A DNA stretch of 64,000 bases from Actinomycetes bacterium (GTDB lineage: Bacteria; Actinomycetota; Acidimicrobiia; Acidimicrobiales; JAJYXR01), in the NCBI GenBank assembly GCA_021801525.1, contig JAJYXW010000034.1, forward strand, positions 5,052 to 69,051. The letters run 5' to 3'. The position numbers and the translations under genes are program-made. The notes under the pieces are model-generated. The model searched no databases. It was given only the letters and a program-made list of their open reading frames with translations, and was not told the DNA's origin. This document shows, piece after piece, positions 36,704 through 45,660 of this stretch. Positions within the stretch are counted from its first letter, which is position 1; each line of letters starts with the position of its first letter.

Positions 36704-36946
36704 ATGGCCAAGAGTTGCCCTTCAGAGAACGATCAGCGGACGACGCTGGTTCTCGATTTGGAAGAGTTGCGTCGCGCGCGAGAGATTCTCGGCACGAAGA
36801 CGACCAGGGAGACCGTGAACAGAGCGCTGCACGAGGTCAACCGGGTTGCCGCTCTTCGTCGGGCCGCCGCCCTGGTGCGCCGGGGAAACCTCGGTGTCGT
36901 CGAGCCAGAGGACCTGCCTGAGCTCCGACGCACACGTTTGGTTTGA
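36704..36946 (+). CDS. vapB: Type II antitoxin, VapB family (DUF2191-like)
   Basis: RTTLVLDLEELRRAREILGTKTTRETVNRALHEV resembles the RTTLDLDDELL...TKT..V..AL antitoxin motif. Stop lies 3 nt before the vapC start. Visibly lower local GC. Confidence 0.7.
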   Translation: MAKSCPSENDQRTTLVLDLEELRRAREILGTKTTRETVNRALHEVNRVAALRRAAALVRRGNLGVVEPEDLPELRRTRLV

Positions 36947-36949
36947 CTC

Positions 36950-37384
36950 GTGCCCGTCTACCTCGCCGATTCCTCGATCTGGGCGTGGGCCAACAAGAGG
37001 TCGCGTCCGGACATCCAGGAGAAGCTGGCGGAGCGGCTGGAACGCGACGAGATCGCGACGTGCGTACCGGTCGCTCTCGAGGTCATGCACCGAGCGGAAT
37101 CCGCAGATCAATACGAGGAGCTGTTCAATCGTCTGTTGGGGCCGCTTCGCTGGCTCGAACTCGACGATGCGACCGCACGACGAGCGCTCGATGTCCAGCG
37201 CGAGCTGGCTGGACGTTCTCGAGGGAATCACCGCCGCCCGGCAGTCGACTACTTGATCGCCGCGACCGGAGAGTTGGCGGGTGCCGAAGTGGTCACCTGG
37301 TTCTTCGATCGGGACTTTCGTGTGATCTGCGAACACACGGGTCAGCCATTCGAAGCTGAAACCACGACCGGACCGGGCCACTGA
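36950..37384 (+). CDS. vapC: PIN-domain ribonuclease toxin VapC
   Basis: GTG start. VYLADSS (first acidic residue), ...ALEVM..., ...DYLIAAT..., ...FDRDF are consistent with the PIN acidic quartet. Confidence 0.8.
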   Translation: MPVYLADSSIWAWANKRSRPDIQEKLAERLERDEIATCVPVALEVMHRAESADQYEELFNRLLGPLRWLELDDATARRALDVQRELAGRSRGNHRRPAVDYLIAATGELAGAEVVTWFFDRDFRVICEHTGQPFEAETTTGPGH

Positions 37385-37446
37385 CCAAGACGGCGAGCTC
37401 GAGCCCCTGGCCTCAACCATGGGGTCGAGCGAGCCCAGGCGCAACG

Positions 37447-37977
37447 CTATGGCCTACCCTCGAGAGCCCTGGCACGGACGAGGCCCCTGCTCAGGTACGC
37501 CTCCGCCTCTCGGGCGGAGCGCTGGAACGCGGCAGCCAGCCTCGAGTCACGGGCAGCTCCGTAGCAGAAGCCCGCGGCGTCGAAGGCCTGGCGGTACGCC
37601 TCGTCGAGGAAGTTCGTGAGCTCGCCGTCAGGTGCCGGCAAGTTCTGGTGGGCTGCCTCTGCGTCCTGGCTCAGCACGGCGCAGTCGGCATGGAGAGCCC
37701 CCGCGTCGTGGCGCTCGAGCACGGTGCCGACCCTGGAGATGTCCGCTCTCAGGCCGGCCGCCTCCGCGACCAGACCTGTCGAGGTCACCCACGAGGAGAC
37801 CCGCTGCGAGACAGTGCCAGTCTGGTCGGGTCCCGCACATGCGGCAAGCGCAGCTGCCAGCACAACCGCTAGCAGAGCCGGCAGCACAACTGGCAACGCG
37901 ACTGGCAACGCGACCGGCAACGCGACCGGCAACGCGACCCGTGCTGCCGGCATACCTGCCCGCCGCGCAGCCCGCAT
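37447..37977 (-). CDS. Hypothetical lipoprotein (helical, two Cys)
   Basis: Signal peptide with (VALP)4 repeat and lipobox LAACAG. No recognisable domain. Start could be 37953, 37977 or 38037. The 319-aa track ORF is over-extended. Confidence 0.5.
   Translation of the reverse strand: MRAARRAGMPAARVALPVALPVALPVALPVVLPALLAVVLAAALAACAGPDQTGTVSQRVSSWVTSTGLVAEAAGLRADISRVGTVLERHDAGALHADCAVLSQDAEAAHQNLPAPDGELTNFLDEAYRQAFDAAGFCYGAARDSRLAAAFQRSAREAEAYLSRGLVRARALEGRP
37892..37939. repeat. 12-bp x4 tandem array in the lipoprotein signal-peptide region
   Basis: ggcaacgcgac(t/c) four times. Encodes (VALP)4. Confidence 0.95.
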
Positions 37978-38051
37978 CGAGGGCACGCCCGCCTTCCTAT
38001 GCCTGGGAGACCCCGCCTTCCTCCGCCTGTGAGGCATTGACAAGGGGGTGG

Positions 38052-38330
38052 TCACCCCTCCCCTTCCCCCTCCTCCTCGATGCGGCGCGACGTGCCGATC
38101 ACCCTGACACTTGCGGAGCCGCCTCCATGCTGGGAGGAGCCTCCGTCCCGCTCGGAGGAGCGAGGCTCGGAAGCATCGGCCCTGAAGGCACCCTGCCGGG
38201 CACCGGGTCGCGCTCCAAGTGGCCCCCGGCGCGCAACGCCGGCACGCCGGCGCGCGGGCACGAACAGCCCAGCCGCTCCGAGGCCGATCATGGCAATGAC
38301 CATGACCAGGGAGACCACGACGAACAACAC
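38052..38330 (-). CDS. Hypothetical small single-pass membrane protein
   Basis: 92-aa ORF. GTG start 14 nt after the tyrS stop. N-terminal TM helix LFVVVSLVMVIAMIGLGAAGLFV. Mostly G/C at third codon positions. Fits exactly between tyrS and the lipoprotein gene. No homology recognised. Confidence 0.35.
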   Translation of the reverse strand: MLFVVVSLVMVIAMIGLGAAGLFVPARRRAGVARRGPLGARPGARQGAFRADASEPRSSERDGGSSQHGGGSASVRVIGTSRRIEEEGEGEG

Positions 38331-38344
38331 CGCGCCCGACGCCC

Positions 38345-39673
38345 TTACCCGAACCGCACCAGGTGGTAATCGCGCCTGCCACGTCTAAGCACCACGTATC
38401 GGTCACAGAGCAGGTCCGAAATCGACACCAACGCGTCCGGGTCGCTCACTCGGACGTTGTTCACCGACGCGCCACCCTGGGCGAGAATGCTCCGCGCTCT
38501 TGTCTTGGAGCTGGCAAGCCCCGAGCGGGCCAGCAAGTCGGCAACGCTCGCCCCCGGAGGCTCGAGAAGGCTCCGCGGAAGATCAGTCGCCGGCGCCTCC
38601 GAGCAGATCTCCACCAGCATCGCCTCGTCGAGGTCTGCGATCGCCTCGCTGAAGAGCGCCGCCGCGGCCCTCTCCGCCCGCTCCGTCTCGGCCAAGCCGT
38701 GGACGAGAGTGCAGACATGCCTGGCCAGGGCCCGCTGGGCCTCGCGCCGCTCGGGATGCGCCGCCGTCTCAGCGTCGAGCGCCAGGATCTCCTCGTGAGA
38801 GAGGAAGGTGAGCCGGCGCAGGTACGAGCCGACCACAGCGTCCTCGGCGCGCACCAGGAACTGGTACAGCCGGTACGGGCTCGTCTTCGCGGGGTCGAGC
38901 CAGACGGTGCCGGTGGCCGACTTGCCGAACTTCTCCCCGTCGGCCTTCAAGACGAGCGGGGTGGTAAGCCCGAACACCTGCACGCCCCGTAGCTTGCGGA
39001 CCAGCTCCATGCCCACCGTGATGTTGCCCCACTGGTCGCTCGCACCCAACTGGAGCTTGCACCCATACGCGTCGTGCAGGTGCAGGAAGTCGTAGGCCTG
39101 CAGGAGCATGTACGCGAGCTCCGTGAACGACACGCCCGAGCCTGCCCTCGAGAGGCGTGAGCGAACGGACTCCTTCGCGATCATCTCGCCCACCCCGAAA
39201 TGCTTGCCAACGTCGCGCAGGAAGTCGATCAAGCGCAGCTCTCCCAGCCACTCGGCATTGTCCAGGAGGACCACCCGGGCGGGGCTCTCGCTTGCTGTGG
39301 TGCCGCCGGGGGCGCTGCCACTCGGAGCGGGCATCGGGAACGAATCGAGCAGCGCCTCGAGCTGCTTGCGGATCGACTCGAGGTTGGAGCGGAGCTCGTC
39401 CGGCCCGAGGAGCCGGCGCTCCGATGCTCGTCCGCTCGGATCTCCTATGAGACCCGTCGCGCCACCGGCAACGCCGAGTACCCGATGCCCCGCTCGCTGC
39501 AGGCGCCCCAACAACAGCACCTGCACCAGGTGCCCGACGTGGAGGCTGTCCGCGGTCGGGTCGAAACCTATGTACGCGGTCAGCTGCTCGCTGTCGAGGC
39601 GTCGGAGCAGGTTCTCGTCGGTCACCTGGTGGACCAGCCCGCGAAAAGTGAGATCGGCTGACAGCGACGGCAC
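38345..39673 (-). CDS. tyrS: Tyrosyl-tRNA synthetase
   Basis: GFDPTADSLHVGHLV (HIGH), KFGKS (KMSKS), C-terminal S4-like domain. GTG 39673 gives 442 aa. The 577-aa ORF is over-extended. Confidence 0.93.
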   Translation of the reverse strand: MPSLSADLTFRGLVHQVTDENLLRRLDSEQLTAYIGFDPTADSLHVGHLVQVLLLGRLQRAGHRVLGVAGGATGLIGDPSGRASERRLLGPDELRSNLESIRKQLEALLDSFPMPAPSGSAPGGTTASESPARVVLLDNAEWLGELRLIDFLRDVGKHFGVGEMIAKESVRSRLSRAGSGVSFTELAYMLLQAYDFLHLHDAYGCKLQLGASDQWGNITVGMELVRKLRGVQVFGLTTPLVLKADGEKFGKSATGTVWLDPAKTSPYRLYQFLVRAEDAVVGSYLRRLTFLSHEEILALDAETAAHPERREAQRALARHVCTLVHGLAETERAERAAAALFSEAIADLDEAMLVEICSEAPATDLPRSLLEPPGASVADLLARSGLASSKTRARSILAQGGASVNNVRVSDPDALVSISDLLCDRYVVLRRGRRDYHLVRFG

Positions 39674-39747
39674 CCGGACAGTTTCGCATGCCCGGCGAAG
39701 CACCAGTGCTCCGTCCCGGGGGGAGATGGAGACCCAGCGGCAGTGCC

Positions 39748-41610
39748 TCAGGCGAACACAGCCTCTACGGCCTCGACAATCCGCGTGTTCAGGTCCCGGT
39801 GCAAGTCCGCGTTCTCCTCGCGAGATGGCAATGCCACTCGCACCACAGTCGGTGCGCTCCCCGAGGCCCCCTCTTCGATGCAGCGCAGCACGTCGCCGAG
39901 CTCGGCCATGGTTGCGACATCCCACGTTTCCAACCCGGCGGCACTTGCCATGCCGGCGACGCCCGGTTGCATCGGAGTACCGAAGAGCTGCTCGAACCTG
40001 CTGGTTCCCCCGAGGGCGCCGTAGGGGAGCATCGAGAAGATCCCCCCGCCGCCATTGTCCGCAACGACGACGGTGCAAGGTGGACCCGCCTCACCAGCAG
40101 GACGCACGAGCGCGCTCGAGTCGTGCAAGAACGCGAGGTCGCCCACAAGCGCGACCACCGGAAGCCCGGCGCACCCGGCTGCCCCGGCTGCCCCGGCTAC
40201 GCCCAGGGCAGTAGACACGACGCCGTCAATGCCGTTCGCCCCCCTGTTCGCTAGAACTCTGGTGCCCGGAGCCATCGATGCCCCGTAAGACTCGAGATCC
40301 CGGATCGGCATGGAAGACGACACGACGAGCGTCCCACCCGCTGGAAGCCAGCTGGATATGGCACGGGCCAGGCCCGGCTCAGTCGCCTCGGGATGGGTCG
40401 AGCACCACTCGTCTATCGCCTCCTGCGCAGCCGACTCTGCTGCATCCCAGGCAGCCTGCCAGGAGGAGGGGTCTTCTCGAGCACCATGAGAGCTGCTCGG
40501 AGGGCATTTGGAATCAGCAATGACCTCTCTGATCTCACTGCACCACGGCTCTGGCTGCGCGACGACGATCTCCCCCGCCTGGCGTCCGGGGTCGCTCCAT
40601 GTCCACCAGGGGTCCACGATCACCTCGGATACGCCCGAGGCGGCCAGGTCGTCGAGCCATCCGGTGACTACCTTCGAGGCCCACGGAGACCCGAGCCGCA
40701 CCACCACCTCTGGCTTCAGGGCCTTCCTTGCTGCGTCGCTCCGCAAGATCCCATCCGCAGCAGCCACGGACACGTGGGGAACCACCCGGCACCCTGAGCG
40801 CGGTTCAGCGGCAAGGGGCCAGCCGAGAGAGCGCGCCAGCCCATGCACCGCCGAGCCGACCGAGCCCACCGAAGGTGTCACTCCGGCAGCGTGCGACACC
40901 GCGCCTCCACCCGCGACGAGGATGCCGCGACGTCCCGCCAGGCGCGCGGCCATCGGTGCCATGCCCTCCCCCACCCGGGAGCGCTCGCTCACGACATGCC
41001 AGGGTGCATTGCCCTCACGCCCCGGGGGCACTGCTGAGGGATCCCCGACAAGGGGCTCGCAAAAAGCAAGGTTCAGATGGACGGGTCCCGGCCCAAGAGG
41101 CCCGTAGAGCGCCTCCGCATAGGATCGAGCCCCCAGCGATCGCCACGTCCGCGCGCCCTGCAGACTCGGTACACCGGGCTCAGCGTAGAACCTGACCGAT
41201 CCCCCGTAGAGGCGTGTCTGGTCAATGGTCTGGGGCGCTCCCACGCCGTGCAGCTCGGGAGGGCGGTCCGCTGTGCAGACGATCATGGGCACTCGAGCGA
41301 GGTGCGCTTCGACCACAGACGCGTGAAGCTCCGCTGCAGCGGTTCCGCTGGTAGTGCACACCACAGCCGGCCGCCCCGACGCCAGCGCCGTGCCCAACGC
41401 GAAGAAGCCTGCCGCACGCTCGTCGAGGCGCATGTGCACGGAGATCCGCCCGTCCAGGGAGAGAGCGAGAGCGAGAGGCGCGGAGCGCGATCCCGGGCAG
41501 ACCACAGCATGCGCGACGCCGCAGCGCGCCCATTCGTCCACCATCGCCGCGCAGAAGGAAACCTGCACGTCGGCAGAGCCCGGCCCTACCGGCTCGCTCG
41601 CTACGCTCAT
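39748..41610 (-). CDS. menD: SEPHCHC synthase (2-succinyl-5-enolpyruvyl-6-hydroxy-3-cyclohexene-1-carboxylate synthase)
   Basis: ThDP enzyme. VVCPGSRSAPLALAL N-terminal motif and GDLAFLHD ThDP motif. Sits in the men cluster. Confidence 0.9.
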   Translation of the reverse strand: MSVASEPVGPGSADVQVSFCAAMVDEWARCGVAHAVVCPGSRSAPLALALSLDGRISVHMRLDERAAGFFALGTALASGRPAVVCTTSGTAAAELHASVVEAHLARVPMIVCTADRPPELHGVGAPQTIDQTRLYGGSVRFYAEPGVPSLQGARTWRSLGARSYAEALYGPLGPGPVHLNLAFCEPLVGDPSAVPPGREGNAPWHVVSERSRVGEGMAPMAARLAGRRGILVAGGGAVSHAAGVTPSVGSVGSAVHGLARSLGWPLAAEPRSGCRVVPHVSVAAADGILRSDAARKALKPEVVVRLGSPWASKVVTGWLDDLAASGVSEVIVDPWWTWSDPGRQAGEIVVAQPEPWCSEIREVIADSKCPPSSSHGAREDPSSWQAAWDAAESAAQEAIDEWCSTHPEATEPGLARAISSWLPAGGTLVVSSSMPIRDLESYGASMAPGTRVLANRGANGIDGVVSTALGVAGAAGAAGCAGLPVVALVGDLAFLHDSSALVRPAGEAGPPCTVVVADNGGGGIFSMLPYGALGGTSRFEQLFGTPMQPGVAGMASAAGLETWDVATMAELGDVLRCIEEGASGSAPTVVRVALPSREENADLHRDLNTRIVEAVEAVFA

Positions 41611-41615
41611 TGCCG

Positions 41616-42431
41616 ATGCCCCGGCAACTCCATGCCACCCTGCGAGGCAACGGCAGGCGGCTCGTCCTCGCTCATGGCTTCACCCACAACTCCTCCTCGT
41701 GGGGGCCGTTCGCGGCCCTGCTTGCCCGGAGCTGCCAGATCCTCGCGGCCGACCTGCCCGGGCACGGGCGCTCGGCGGCCGTTCGCGCGGACCTGAAGGA
41801 ATCCGCGCGCCTGCTCGGCGAGGCCGGTGGCCGGAGCGCGTACCTCGGCTACTCCATGGGAGGACGCGTAAGCCTCCACCTCGCCCTCGAAAGGCCCGAT
41901 CTCGTCGAGGCCCTCGTACTCTTCGGCGCATCGCCAGGCATACCGGACCCCGCCGAGCGGGAGCAGCGCGTGGTCCACGACGAGCACCTGGCCCGCTCCC
42001 TCGAGGCATCCACGGAGGCCGAGCCTCCAAGCTCCACGGACGGCACCGGGGATGGCGGCGAGCGGCGTCGGCTGGAGCGCTTCCTTCGGGAGTGGCTCGA
42101 CAACCCGCTCTTCGCCACCTTGCCGCCCGATGCCGCCGAGGTCGGCGCCAGAGCCCACAACACTTGCGAGGGGCTCGCCTCCTCTCTTCGCCTCTGCGGT
42201 GCGGGTGTGCAGGAGCCACTGTGGGACCGCCTCGCCGAGCTCGACATGCCGGTGCTCTTCGTGGCCGGCGGGCTCGACGCCCGCTACTGCGAGATCGGCC
42301 GGCGGGTGGTGGAGGCCATAGGGCCGAGCGCCCGCCTGGAGGTCGTGCCGGCAGCCGGCCACGCGTGCCACCTCGAGCAACCCGAAGCATGCGCTGCCAC
42401 TGTGCTCGCATTCCTCGCCGAGCTGGACTGA
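41616..42431 (+). CDS. menH: Alpha/beta hydrolase, probable SHCHC synthase
   Basis: LVLAHGFTHN, nucleophile elbow GYSMGG. Divergent from menD within the men cluster. Start is ATG 41616 or TTG 41610. Confidence 0.7.
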   Translation: MPRQLHATLRGNGRRLVLAHGFTHNSSSWGPFAALLARSCQILAADLPGHGRSAAVRADLKESARLLGEAGGRSAYLGYSMGGRVSLHLALERPDLVEALVLFGASPGIPDPAEREQRVVHDEHLARSLEASTEAEPPSSTDGTGDGGERRRLERFLREWLDNPLFATLPPDAAEVGARAHNTCEGLASSLRLCGAGVQEPLWDRLAELDMPVLFVAGGLDARYCEIGRRVVEAIGPSARLEVVPAAGHACHLEQPEACAATVLAFLAELD

Positions 42432-42478
42432 GCGGAGCCATCCGCTGCGCGTGCAGGTGCCTGTCCGGCGGTCACTGG

Positions 42479-43477
42479 TCAAAGGAGGATCCCCACGGTG
42501 AGAAGCAGTCCCGCAGCGAGCTGCAGCCTCCCGGTGTCCGCGAGCATCGGCAGGAGGTCACGTCCCCCTGCCCCCGACAGTGCAAGGCGCGTAGGACGCA
42601 CCGCTAGAGGAGCGCCAAGCAGCGCCAGCAGGGCCCAGGGCCGCCACGTGGCCACCGCGGCTATGCCCGCTACGGCGCCGGCGAGGACGGCCACGTACAG
42701 CCATCCAGCGGCTCGCCTTCCCACGCGCACTGCGAGCGTGTGCTTGCCTGTGAGCGAGTCGCCTGCGATGTCCCGGAGGTTGTTGGCTAGGAGCAGGGCA
42801 ACCGCGAGCAATCCGGCCGGCAGGGCAGCCAGGGATGCGACTTCGAGCAGGTGGGCCTGATCGCCGCCCAGCACGTATGCGGTCCCGACTGTCGCCACGA
42901 GCCCGAAGAACACGAACACGAAAAGCTCCCCGAACCCGGCATAACCGTATGGGTGTGGTCCACCGGTGTAGAGCCATCCTGCGGCGAAGCAGGCCGCGCC
43001 GAGAGCGACGAGCCACCACGAAGTGGCTGCGGCGATTGCCAGCCCGGCGACACCTGCCAGCCCGAACGCGGCTATCGCCGCCGCTCTCACCGCAGAAGGC
43101 GAAGCCGCCCCCGAGGCCACGAGCCGCATAGGTCCCTGCCTGGCGTCATCTGTGCCCCTTACGCCGTCGGAATAGTCGTTGGCGTAGTTGGTGCCCACCT
43201 GCACCGCCAGTGCAACCACCAGAGCACACCCGGCACGCCACCAGGGGAAGGCGCCGATGCCATGGCCAATAGAGCGCGACGACCACGCGACAGCGGTGCC
43301 GACGGCCACAGGGACCACCGCCGCCGGCAGGGTCCGTGGCCTGGCACCTGCAAGCCACTTTCCCGCTGCAGGCTTTCCCGCTGCAGGCTTTCCCGCTGCA
43401 GGCTTTCCCGCTGCAGGCTTTCCCGCTGCAGCGGGAGCCTGGGCCACCTCGGGAGAATAGCGCGCACGGGAGCGCAT
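42479..43477 (-). CDS. menA: 1,4-dihydroxy-2-naphthoate polyprenyltransferase
   Basis: UbiA-family polytopic protein (NYANDYSDGVRGTD). The N-terminus carries (AAGKP)5 from 15-bp repeats. Confidence 0.88.
   Translation of the reverse strand: MRSRARYSPEVAQAPAAAGKPAAGKPAAGKPAAGKPAAGKWLAGARPRTLPAAVVPVAVGTAVAWSSRSIGHGIGAFPWWRAGCALVVALAVQVGTNYANDYSDGVRGTDDARQGPMRLVASGAASPSAVRAAAIAAFGLAGVAGLAIAAATSWWLVALGAACFAAGWLYTGGPHPYGYAGFGELFVFVFFGLVATVGTAYVLGGDQAHLLEVASLAALPAGLLAVALLLANNLRDIAGDSLTGKHTLAVRVGRRAAGWLYVAVLAGAVAGIAAVATWRPWALLALLGAPLAVRPTRLALSGAGGRDLLPMLADTGRLQLAAGLLLTVGILL
43359..43433. repeat. 15-bp x5 tandem array at the menA 5' end
   Basis: tttcccgctgcaggc five times. Encodes (AAGKP)5. Confidence 0.97.
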
Positions 43478-43481
43478 GACT

Positions 43482-44351
43482 TCAGGGACGCCGGGGGAAC
43501 TGGCTGAAGTCCGGCCGGCGGCGCTCGACGTAAGCGTTGCGCCCCTCTTGGCCCTCTGCCGTCATGTAGAAGAGCATGGTCGCGTCGCCCGCGAGCTGCT
43601 GCACGCCCGCCAGGCCATCGTCGGCTGCGTTGAAACCGGCCTTCAGCATCCGAAGAGCGATCGGGGAGAGCTCTAGCATCCTCCGGCACCAGGACACCGT
43701 CTCTCGCTCGAGGTCTTCGAGGGGCACGACCGCGTTCACGAGCCCCCAGTCGAGAGCCTGCTCGGCGCCGTAACGCCGGCAGAGGAACCAGATCTCCTTG
43801 GCTCTCTTCAGCCCGATGGTCCGGGCAAGGAGGCCGGACCCGTAGCCCCCGTCGAAGCTGCCGACCATCGGCCCGGTCTGCCCGAAGACTGCGTTGTCGG
43901 CCGCTATCGTGAGATCGCATACCAGGTGGAGCACGTGCCCCCCACCGATCGCGTACCCCGCGACCATGGCGACGACGGGCTTGGGCAGGCGTCTGATCTG
44001 AACCTGCAGGTCGAGCACGTTGAGACGCCCTATGCCACGCCGGGCCACCTCGTCGTCGCCGAGATATCCGTCCTCCCCGCGCACTCTCTGATCGCCCCCG
44101 GAGCAGAAGGCTTCGGGGCCCTTGCCGGTCAGCACCACCACGCCCACCTCGGGATCGTCCCTCGCCATGTCGAAGGCCTGCGACAGCTCGAACAGCGTCT
44201 GGGGGCGGAAGGCGTTTCGAACCTCGGGGCGACAAATGGTCAGCTTGGCGATTCCCTCCGCCACCTCCATGGTGATGTCCCCGAAGCTACCGCGAGGCTC
44301 CCACGCAGGAGATGGCAGGTCGCGCAGCTCGTCGACTGGATCCACGGTCAT
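43482..44351 (-). CDS. menB: 1,4-dihydroxy-2-naphthoyl-CoA synthase
   Basis: Crotonase fold. [30 protein letters not shown]. Confidence 0.95.
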   Translation of the reverse strand: MTVDPVDELRDLPSPAWEPRGSFGDITMEVAEGIAKLTICRPEVRNAFRPQTLFELSQAFDMARDDPEVGVVVLTGKGPEAFCSGGDQRVRGEDGYLGDDEVARRGIGRLNVLDLQVQIRRLPKPVVAMVAGYAIGGGHVLHLVCDLTIAADNAVFGQTGPMVGSFDGGYGSGLLARTIGLKRAKEIWFLCRRYGAEQALDWGLVNAVVPLEDLERETVSWCRRMLELSPIALRMLKAGFNAADDGLAGVQQLAGDATMLFYMTAEGQEGRNAYVERRRPDFSQFPRRP

Positions 44352-44410
44352 GCGACCGGAACTTCTAATATTGGAGTGAACGCTCGCATGGTCGCCTAGG
44401 CTACATCGCC

Positions 44411-45565
44411 GTGCACCAGCTCGTTGCCATCGACCTGCCGGCCGGACGGCACTTCGTGGAGAGCTTGCTCAGGGCCTGGGACGAAGGCGACGCAGTAGCT
44501 CCCCTCGACCCGAGGCTGCCTCCTCCGGCTGCCCGGGCCCTCCTCGAGGCGTTGCGCCCGAGCGTGCTCGTAGGCAGCGACGGGGAACGCTCTATCGTCC
44601 CGGGGGGGCTGCCGATGGAGGAGGGTGACGCTCTCGTAGTTGCGACGAGCGGGTCGACTGGCACGCCCAAGGGCGTCGTGCTCTCCCACGATGCAGTGGC
44701 TGCCTCTGCGTGGGCGACGAGCCGGCGCCTCTCGGCGGACCCGGGGTCCGACTGCTGGCTCGCTTGCCTGCCGCTTGCCCACGTAGGCGGGCTCAGCGTC
44801 GTGACAAGGTCAATAGTGACGGGCACGCGGCTGGTGCTCCACGACGGCTTCGATCCAGAGCGTGTCGAGGCCGAAGCCCGGCGCGGAGCCACCCTCGTCT
44901 CGCTGGTCCCGACGGCGCTGCGGCGAATCGACGCGTCGGGCTTCAGGGTGGTCGTCCTTGGCGGCAGCGCGCCACCGGATGGGCTGCCCGCCAACGTCGC
45001 CACGACCTACGGCATGACGGAAACCGGGAGCGGTGTCGTCTACGACGGGATCCCACTCGCCGGCGTCGAGGTGGCGATAGGAGACGGCAAGCTAGGAGCC
45101 GGCGGCGAGGTGCTGCTCCGCTGCCCGATGCTGCTCCGCTGCTACCGCGACGGCCATGACCCGCGAACAGCCGGTGGGTGGTTCCCCACGGGTGACGCCG
45201 GAGAGCTCGACGGCGCCGGGCACCTGCGCGTGTTCGGCAGGATGGCCGAAGTCATAGTCACCGGCGGGGAGAAGGTGTGGCCTGCTCCGGTCGAAACGGT
45301 GATCGCCCGCCACCCGGGCATCGCCGGGGTGGCGGTTGTCGGGAGGCCCGACCCCGAGTGGGGCTCCCTTGTCGTGGCCGTGGTGGAGCCGGTCGACCCC
45401 GCCCACCCGCCATCGCTCGAAGAGCTCCGTATGCTCGTAAAGGAGCAACTCCCCCCCTGGGCCGCCCCCCGGGATCTCGTCGTAACGCCCAAGCTCGCAC
45501 GCACTCCAAGTGGCAAGGTGCGCCGACGCGAGGTGGAGGCCCTGCTCCCTCGATCAGCCTCCTAA
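44411..45565 (+). CDS. menE: o-succinylbenzoate-CoA ligase
   Basis: Short adenylate-forming enzyme ([22 protein letters not shown], ..[10 protein letters not shown]) in the men cluster. Confidence 0.8.
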   Translation: MHQLVAIDLPAGRHFVESLLRAWDEGDAVAPLDPRLPPPAARALLEALRPSVLVGSDGERSIVPGGLPMEEGDALVVATSGSTGTPKGVVLSHDAVAASAWATSRRLSADPGSDCWLACLPLAHVGGLSVVTRSIVTGTRLVLHDGFDPERVEAEARRGATLVSLVPTALRRIDASGFRVVVLGGSAPPDGLPANVATTYGMTETGSGVVYDGIPLAGVEVAIGDGKLGAGGEVLLRCPMLLRCYRDGHDPRTAGGWFPTGDAGELDGAGHLRVFGRMAEVIVTGGEKVWPAPVETVIARHPGIAGVAVVGRPDPEWGSLVVAVVEPVDPAHPPSLEELRMLVKEQLPPWAAPRDLVVTPKLARTPSGKVRRREVEALLPRSAS

Positions 45566-45660
45566 GCTAAGAGGCCCTCTCGGACTCGCTTGCTGCCAGG
45601 TGCGTCCACGAGCGCGTCAGCGGACGAGCCCAGGTAGGAGCCGCCCTCGTTCGTTGCGCA

